Source: Conidiobolus incongruus B7586 | Lineage: Eukaryota | Direction of reading: 5' to 3' | Length of the DNA stretch: 43,932 nt | NCBI GenBank assembly: GCA_000697335.1 | Contig: JNEM01013818.1 | Span: forward strand, 1-43,932 | In this document: one piece after another, positions 38,402 through 43,932 of the stretch | Layout: the number at the start of each line of letters is the position of its first letter | How positions within the stretch are numbered: the first letter of the stretch is position 1 | Made by a program: the position numbers and the translations under genes | The notes under the pieces: generated by a model | What the model saw: the letters and a program-made list of their open reading frames with translations, nothing else | Databases searched by the model: none | What the model was told of the DNA's origin: nothing

Positions 38402-40966
38402 TTAAAAGCTCCCTCCGCCAACTTTACCACCAAGTGATCCAGATCCCAAAGGTCCATTACTCTGCTGCAGAGGAGGATTTGGAAGAGGTGAGGGATTGCC
38501 AGACTGATTCAAAATTGGGTTAGGGTTAGGACCAGTAAAGTTGTTTAGTTGATTATTAGGAATTCCCTGATTGAAAGGGTTATTGGCACCGATATTTCCA
38601 ATAGAGTTTCCAGGTTGTTGCCAGTTCAAATTAGTGTTAGGGTTAAAATTTAAAGTAGGGTTATTGCTGATGAGTTGGTTTAAATTACCAGGTGCTCCTC
38701 CTCCCAAGTTCATGTTTTGATTGAAGTTGGGTAATTGGTGAGGGTTGGGGTTATTAAAATTGCCAAGATTATTGGAAGGATTGAAGCCGGTTCCAAAGTT
38801 TTGAGGGTTTAAAAAGTTATTAGGGTTTTGAAATTGATTACCTTGAGCGTTGGGATTTCCTCCAAAGCTACTGTTATTAGCGTTGTTGTTGCCCAACCAT
38901 CCAGAAATAGTGGCAAGACTTGTACCAGATCCTGAAATATTATTGAAGTTCTGATTGAAGCTGGGAGTGAATGGATTTGTACCAAAATTATTCAAGTTGG
39001 GGTTAGTACCACCAGGGTTCTGGCTAAAACTGGGGTTCAAAGTATTGGGGTTATTGTAAAAGTTAGGGTTCATGAAGTTTGATGGTTCTTGACCTCCAAA
39101 ATTGAATTGGTTACCAGCATTAAACTGTCCAAATGAAGTATTATTGCTAGGGTTCAAAGCGTTGAAGCGTCCTTGGTTGTGTTGATCATAGTTTTTAACA
39201 CTTGATACTCCTTTGATTGACCTGTGTTCGTCTTTGGAAGATGATCCAAATCCAAATAATGAGGAAGATTGACGCTGTAATTCCTCTAACTGAGTGACTT
39301 GGTCACGGTATAATTCTTTCTGAGCATCAGCAGCGGCTTTATCTACAATTGAAATGGCTGGTTCTTCCTGGAAGCTCTGATTACCTAATGAGGAGATAAG
39401 TCTTTGGATATACTGCTGCTGAGTGGGGAGATTTTCTCCAATGGGACGACCAGTCTTTTGGGAGTGCTTCTGACGAAGAGCAGTTGCAAACGATACAATA
39501 CTGCTATCTAAAAGTTGTTGAGCAATAGGGTCTTTGGTGACATTGCTAGAATTCAAAGGGTTGAGAGTAAGACTCTGCCAGACATATCCCACATCGGCGA
39601 TTTGTTGGACATAGTTAGCCAATTCAACATGATATTGGTTAGTAGAGAGATCAACACTCTGGAGAGGAGGATAGCTGTATCCGAGAAGGACATGGGCGTG
39701 ATCCTTCTTGACAGAAACAGCGAATGCGTCAGCCAAATTGACATCTGGTGCATCGCTCTGAAGAGTGACAACATCAGCATAGGGAGCAAAGTGACGAGCG
39801 CGAGAGATGGCGGCTTCGAGTGTATTGGCATACATATAGTATCCTTCTTGAGAGCGAGGAAGATTCCAATCCCAGAATACCTTATCCAAACCAAGCTGAG
39901 CGGCCAAATCTTTAGCATGATCCAAAGATGTGTTTCTAGTATTTTCCAACCATTGTTCAACCTCTTTAGCAGCTTGTCCGGGTGACTGACCAGCCTTGAG
40001 GCGAATAGCTTGGGCAATAGCGTCACGGTAAGTTAATACATTAGCACTATTCATCCATGAGTTGCGAATAAAGTTCAATTGATCAGGAGTACTAGCACCA
40101 GAAGCTTGAGCTTCGCGAAGAACTTCAGCTAGAGGTCTAGTTGGGACCGTGGCACCCAAAATGTAAGGATGATCACGAGTGTCAAGGTTGCTAGCAACAT
40201 AACCAGCTTGGAGAGATGACAATTTGGCAAAAATCACGGTTTCAGTATCCATAATATCGGATTGGGCACGGAGAGCAACCAAGCGATTAATATGCTGACC
40301 AACAGGATAAAGAACTTTGATATTGGCTTGATTCAAAATGGAGGAATAAGTTTGCTGAGCATCATCCAATTGAATACCGGCAGCACCACGTTCGATCAAT
40401 AGACGTGAGAGACGCATCAAAGAGGGAATATTGGAACCCACAAGGTCAGCGTCAACTACGATAGGACGGTAGAAGTCAACCGGCTCGGGAAGTTCCGATT
40501 CGAATCCAATCTCACTTCTCAAGCGGTGACGTAGCTCAACCTGACGACGGTCAAACCACACCTGGGAGCGGAGAATTTGATCGACTTTGCGGGGTAAAGT
40601 ACTTAATGGGGTTGCTGGAGAGGGAATAGGACTGCTAGGATCACCTTGCGTTTCAACAATCACCTGTTGATTGGAAATGTAAGACAATTCCAAATTCTGC
40701 GTACTGGTAGTGAGGACTTGGGAAGGGTTCCAAGTGTCAAAAGCAACAGTTCCAAGACCCTGGGCTTGGATTCTATTTAAAATCGTCCAAAGTTTTTTGC
40801 TCAAAGGAGCTCCAGCATGCTCAAGTTTAAGTGTGCCTCTCTTGGACACAATAATATCGGCGTTGTAAGGACGACGCGTATGAGTGAAACGATCACTTCT
40901 CCATTTTTGTTCAAGTTGATATACTTGGTTTTTGAAATTATTGCCATCATCTGAAATAAACGACAT
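38402..40966 (-). CDS. Isocitrate lyase-like pseudoenzyme with a C-terminal N/F/G/P/Q low-complexity domain, 854 aa
   Basis: ICL-fold motifs RFTHTRRPY..IVSKRG, RPIVVDAD, ERGAAGI, HINRLVALRAQSDIM, RDHPYILG, PRSQEGYY, FAPYAD. The catalytic KKCGH motif is absent. Intronless. Confidence 0.9.
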   Translation of the reverse strand: MSFISDDGNNFKNQVYQLEQKWRSDRFTHTRRPYNADIIVSKRGTLKLEHAGAPLSKKLWTILNRIQAQGLGTVAFDTWNPSQVLTTSTQNLELSYISNQQVIVETQGDPSSPIPSPATPLSTLPRKVDQILRSQVWFDRRQVELRHRLRSEIGFESELPEPVDFYRPIVVDADLVGSNIPSLMRLSRLLIERGAAGIQLDDAQQTYSSILNQANIKVLYPVGQHINRLVALRAQSDIMDTETVIFAKLSSLQAGYVASNLDTRDHPYILGATVPTRPLAEVLREAQASGASTPDQLNFIRNSWMNSANVLTYRDAIAQAIRLKAGQSPGQAAKEVEQWLENTRNTSLDHAKDLAAQLGLDKVFWDWNLPRSQEGYYMYANTLEAAISRARHFAPYADVVTLQSDAPDVNLADAFAVSVKKDHAHVLLGYSYPPLQSVDLSTNQYHVELANYVQQIADVGYVWQSLTLNPLNSSNVTKDPIAQQLLDSSIVSFATALRQKHSQKTGRPIGENLPTQQQYIQRLISSLGNQSFQEEPAISIVDKAAADAQKELYRDQVTQLEELQRQSSSLFGFGSSSKDEHRSIKGVSSVKNYDQHNQGRFNALNPSNNTSFGQFNAGNQFNFGGQEPSNFMNPNFYNNPNTLNPSFSQNPGGTNPNLNNFGTNPFTPSFNQNFNNISGSGTSLATISGWLGNNNANNSSFGGNPNAQGNQFQNPNNFLNPQNFGTGFNPSNNLGNFNNPNPHQLPNFNQNMNLGGGAPGNLNQLISNNPTLNFNPNTNLNWQQPGNSIGNIGANNPFNQGIPNNQLNNFTGPNPNPILNQSGNPSPLPNPPLQQSNGPLGSGSLGGKVGGGSF

Positions 40967-42223
40967 GATTCAAATTGTTGACTATATATTTAAAGAATAA
41001 ATAATAAGAATAATTGATTTTTCAATGGTTGACTTTGAATGAATCAAACAAAAAATATTGGAATGAATCAGGGATAGCAAGAATGACGTGACAGGTATTT
41101 ATATTCATCACTAATTCTAATTATTGACGTAAATATCAATCCAATTTAAAAAATTATTCAATCATTTTAGCAAAGCCACTTCGGTCACTCAATATCCCTT
41201 TATCATTTATACATTTTCTAAATCAATCCAATTTTTCTATTAATGGGAATAAAATTAAAGAACCAATCAGAGTGGATCATATTATCCCAATTAAATATCT
41301 AAAATTTTAGTATGATAAAATATGAATTTTAAAATCAAGTGATATATTGTTAAAAATGTATCATATTTCTATCAAATATTAAAATCTATAAATGTATAAT
41401 TAGAATAAAAAATTCTTATACAAAATAATTTAATAATTAAAATTATCCCAATATTAATTGCTTAACGATCTAAAATTTAATTAAATTATAAACTAATTAA
41501 TATTTTCATAATCTCCTTTTAAAAAAAGTATTTGATTATTTATTATATTAATTTTTATCATGATAGTTCATTTTCTTATACATTTTATTATATTTTAATT
41601 TGGACTTATATTAAAATTTGTACCATCAATTATTTAATATTGTTTTATTCAATAATTATTTTTATATAAACTATGCTGTAAAACTCCGTCGTTTACAGTT
41701 CCATAGGTTTCAGAGTGGTTCGAAATGATGTTGGGATTAGCATCGTTGGAAGTCAATTTTAAACAAGTAAAAATTGTAAACTCAGAGAGATCTACCTTTA
41801 TTTCTACAAGGGATTAGATGTATTTATATTATAGAAAATGCAACTAAAATATTAATTGCATTTATCAAAGCATCATCTATTAACCTGAACATGCCTAATT
41901 TTATGACTCATATACAACAAACTAAACGTATAAGTTTAAAATTTGATAGAAAATATTTATATTTTTTAATTTTATTTAATTTTATAATATTTGATATATT
42001 ATTATATTAAAATTATATTAATCAAAAATTTTATAGTTAAAAATACTGAAAATATTGTAAATTGAAATTTTTTATTATGTTAAATTGCAATAATATTCTC
42101 AGTAGATTGAATTGATATTAATATTAATATTAAAGCCAAATTAAAAAGACGAAAAAATAAAAAAAATGATAATAAAAATTTATGTATATTAAATATTTTA
42201 GGATGTAATGAACTGCTAGATAA

Positions 42224-42292
42224 GACAGGATGGACGAGAATTTAAGGCGTGTGCCTAGAAATTATATGGGATATCTCGCACTGGTTCGAATT
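42224..42292 (+). pseudogene. tRNA-Ser(AGA) pseudogene
   Basis: GACAGGATGGACGAG..TTAAGGCG D-arm, CTAGAAA anticodon loop, long variable arm GGGATATCTC, CTGGTTCGAAT. The 3' T-stem and acceptor strand are disrupted. Confidence 0.7.
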
Positions 42293-42816
42293 ATCAATAT
42301 GATTTGTTTCCTTGATCCTTGATTCTGTTACGTTTTTGATACATTTTATCTTTTTTTTAAAAAAATTTATATACTATATATAATTAATTTTATGTATCTT
42401 GATAATTATTCTGTGTATAAATTTCAATATTCTAAACATATTCTTCTAACTCTAGAATTAGAAAAATATTGATATATTTACATCTATTATTTCTTTCATA
42501 TTACTTTTATGTATATTGTTACTATAAATTTAAAATTTTAAAAATCAATTGATTTATTGTTATAAAAGCTTATTAATTATAAATTAAAATTATATCAGAT
42601 ATTATATATTTCGATAAAACCGTTCAAGTTGAGATTATTTTGGATAAAATTTGAGTATATAGATTATATTAACTTGAAATCAATTTTATGGAGGAATATA
42701 TGAGGTTATGCGGATTTTATTTAAAAAAATATAGATTTTATGGTTTGTCATGTTGTGGTAAGTAATTTGTAATTTAAAAATTTATAAAATATACAGCATG
42801 GAATTAAAGGATGAAA

Positions 42817-43932
42817 TTATAATGCTTTATAACCTAATATATTAGGCGTATCTTCTGAAAATCCAGTAATCGCTTCCTTAGTACCCATCTTGATCAAAGT
42901 CGAGAGAATATTTCCTGGAACAGTTCCTTCTGCGAGTAAACTAGCGGCCAATCCAGCAATATGAGGACATGACATTGATGTTCCACTTTTGGTTAAGGTG
43001 CCTGTTGGCTTGTTAGCAGTGGAAACAACTCCAACACCAGGGGCCAGGATATCAATACATTTACCAAAGTTAGAGAACCCAGCTTTAACATCATTGATAT
43101 TAGTTGCACCAACTGCAATAACTCCTTTGGCAGTAGCAGGTGACTTTTTACAAGCATCATAGTTATTGTTCCCACCAGAGACAACTACTACAATACCTTT
43201 AGCAATAACTTCTTCAACAACCGTATTGAGAAGCTCGTTGATTGGTTCAAATGAGATACTCATACTGACTACATTTCCTTTAAGACCATTTGCATTCTTA
43301 GCAACCCAGTTGAACCCAGCAATTGCATCACTAGCTGAACCTTTACCCTGATCATTCAAAACCTTAACAGCAATCAAATTCACTTTCTTAGCAACTCCAT
43401 AAGTTTTTGATCCAATAGTACCGGCACAATGTGTTCCATGACTATAGACATCAGTATCTGAATCAGAATGGACATTTGTTCCAAATTTAGCACGACCTTC
43501 AAAATCAGCATGATTAACATAAATCCCACTATCAAGAACATATACATTAATGCCTAATCCTGCATTGGGGTTGTAAATATAGGTAGATTGTGTTGTAGAA
43601 TTTAACTTCTCACGATGAGATATTCTAGCAAGACCCCAAGGAGCATTTTTCTGAACTTCATCTACTTCAGCAATTTGGTCTGGAACGATTGAAACGACAT
43701 TGGGTAATTGTTTTACCTTCTCAAGAGTCTTGACATCCAGAGTAGCAGATATACCATTTAACACAGCATCATATTTATGGTGGATTTCATTGATGCTTGA
43801 TCTATCGACAAATAAATCGGTAACGGAGGCAACATGGCTTTCGAAATCAATACGACTGTTACGATCGAATGCTACAATATATTTATCTTTGATTGATATG
43901 GACTGACTTAGCTGTAAGAATAGTGAAATGAA
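42817..43932 (-). CDS. Subtilisin-like S8A (proteinase K-type) protease; 5' end lies beyond the window
   Basis: The frame is open to the window edge (FISLFLQLSQS..KYIVAF, I9 prodomain). APWGLARIS, VLDSG, HGTHCAG, SGTSMSCPHIAG. Confidence 0.96.
   Translation of the reverse strand, partial: FISLFLQLSQSISIKDKYIVAFDRNSRIDFESHVASVTDLFVDRSSINEIHHKYDAVLNGISATLDVKTLEKVKQLPNVVSIVPDQIAEVDEVQKNAPWGLARISHREKLNSTTQSTYIYNPNAGLGINVYVLDSGIYVNHADFEGRAKFGTNVHSDSDTDVYSHGTHCAGTIGSKTYGVAKKVNLIAVKVLNDQGKGSASDAIAGFNWVAKNANGLKGNVVSMSISFEPINELLNTVVEEVIAKGIVVVVSGGNNNYDACKKSPATAKGVIAVGATNINDVKAGFSNFGKCIDILAPGVGVVSTANKPTGTLTKSGTSMSCPHIAGLAASLLAEGTVPGNILSTLIKMGTKEAITGFSEDTPNILGYKAL

Noticed and set aside
41675..41760. 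tRNA-Sec- or SRP-like RNA (CAGAGTGGTTCGAA, small hairpins)
   Set aside because: No CCAC to close the T-stem and no cloverleaf. The minus strand reads better as an orphan exon after a CTAAT..TAG acceptor.

Overview
AT-rich eukaryotic DNA with short (~45-65 nt) GT-AG introns. Gene content (7TM receptor, secreted S1 and S8 proteases) suggests an early-diverging fungus, probably Entomophthoromycotina (Conidiobolus-like); this is inference. Intact genes: RPC40, an INTS13/Asunder-like gene, PheRS beta (FRS1), a GPCR, DCP1, aspartate kinase (HOM3), an S1 protease with a Ser/Thr tail, IDH1, an isocitrate-lyase-like protein, and a subtilisin cut by the window edge. Decayed DNA: three full-length TA-flanked DD34D mariner copies eroded by C>T/G>A transitions, a frameshifted cysteine synthase, a nonsense-mutated DUF6924-like gene, and tRNA relics. 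Top observations: (1) an intact isocitrate lyase fold that has lost the catalytic motifs and carries an N/F/G/P/Q prion-like tail; (2) RIP-like, repeat-confined hypermutation in an apparently non-Dikarya fungus; (3) a probable Integrator subunit 13 in a fungus. All family assignments come from recognised motifs, not from database searches.
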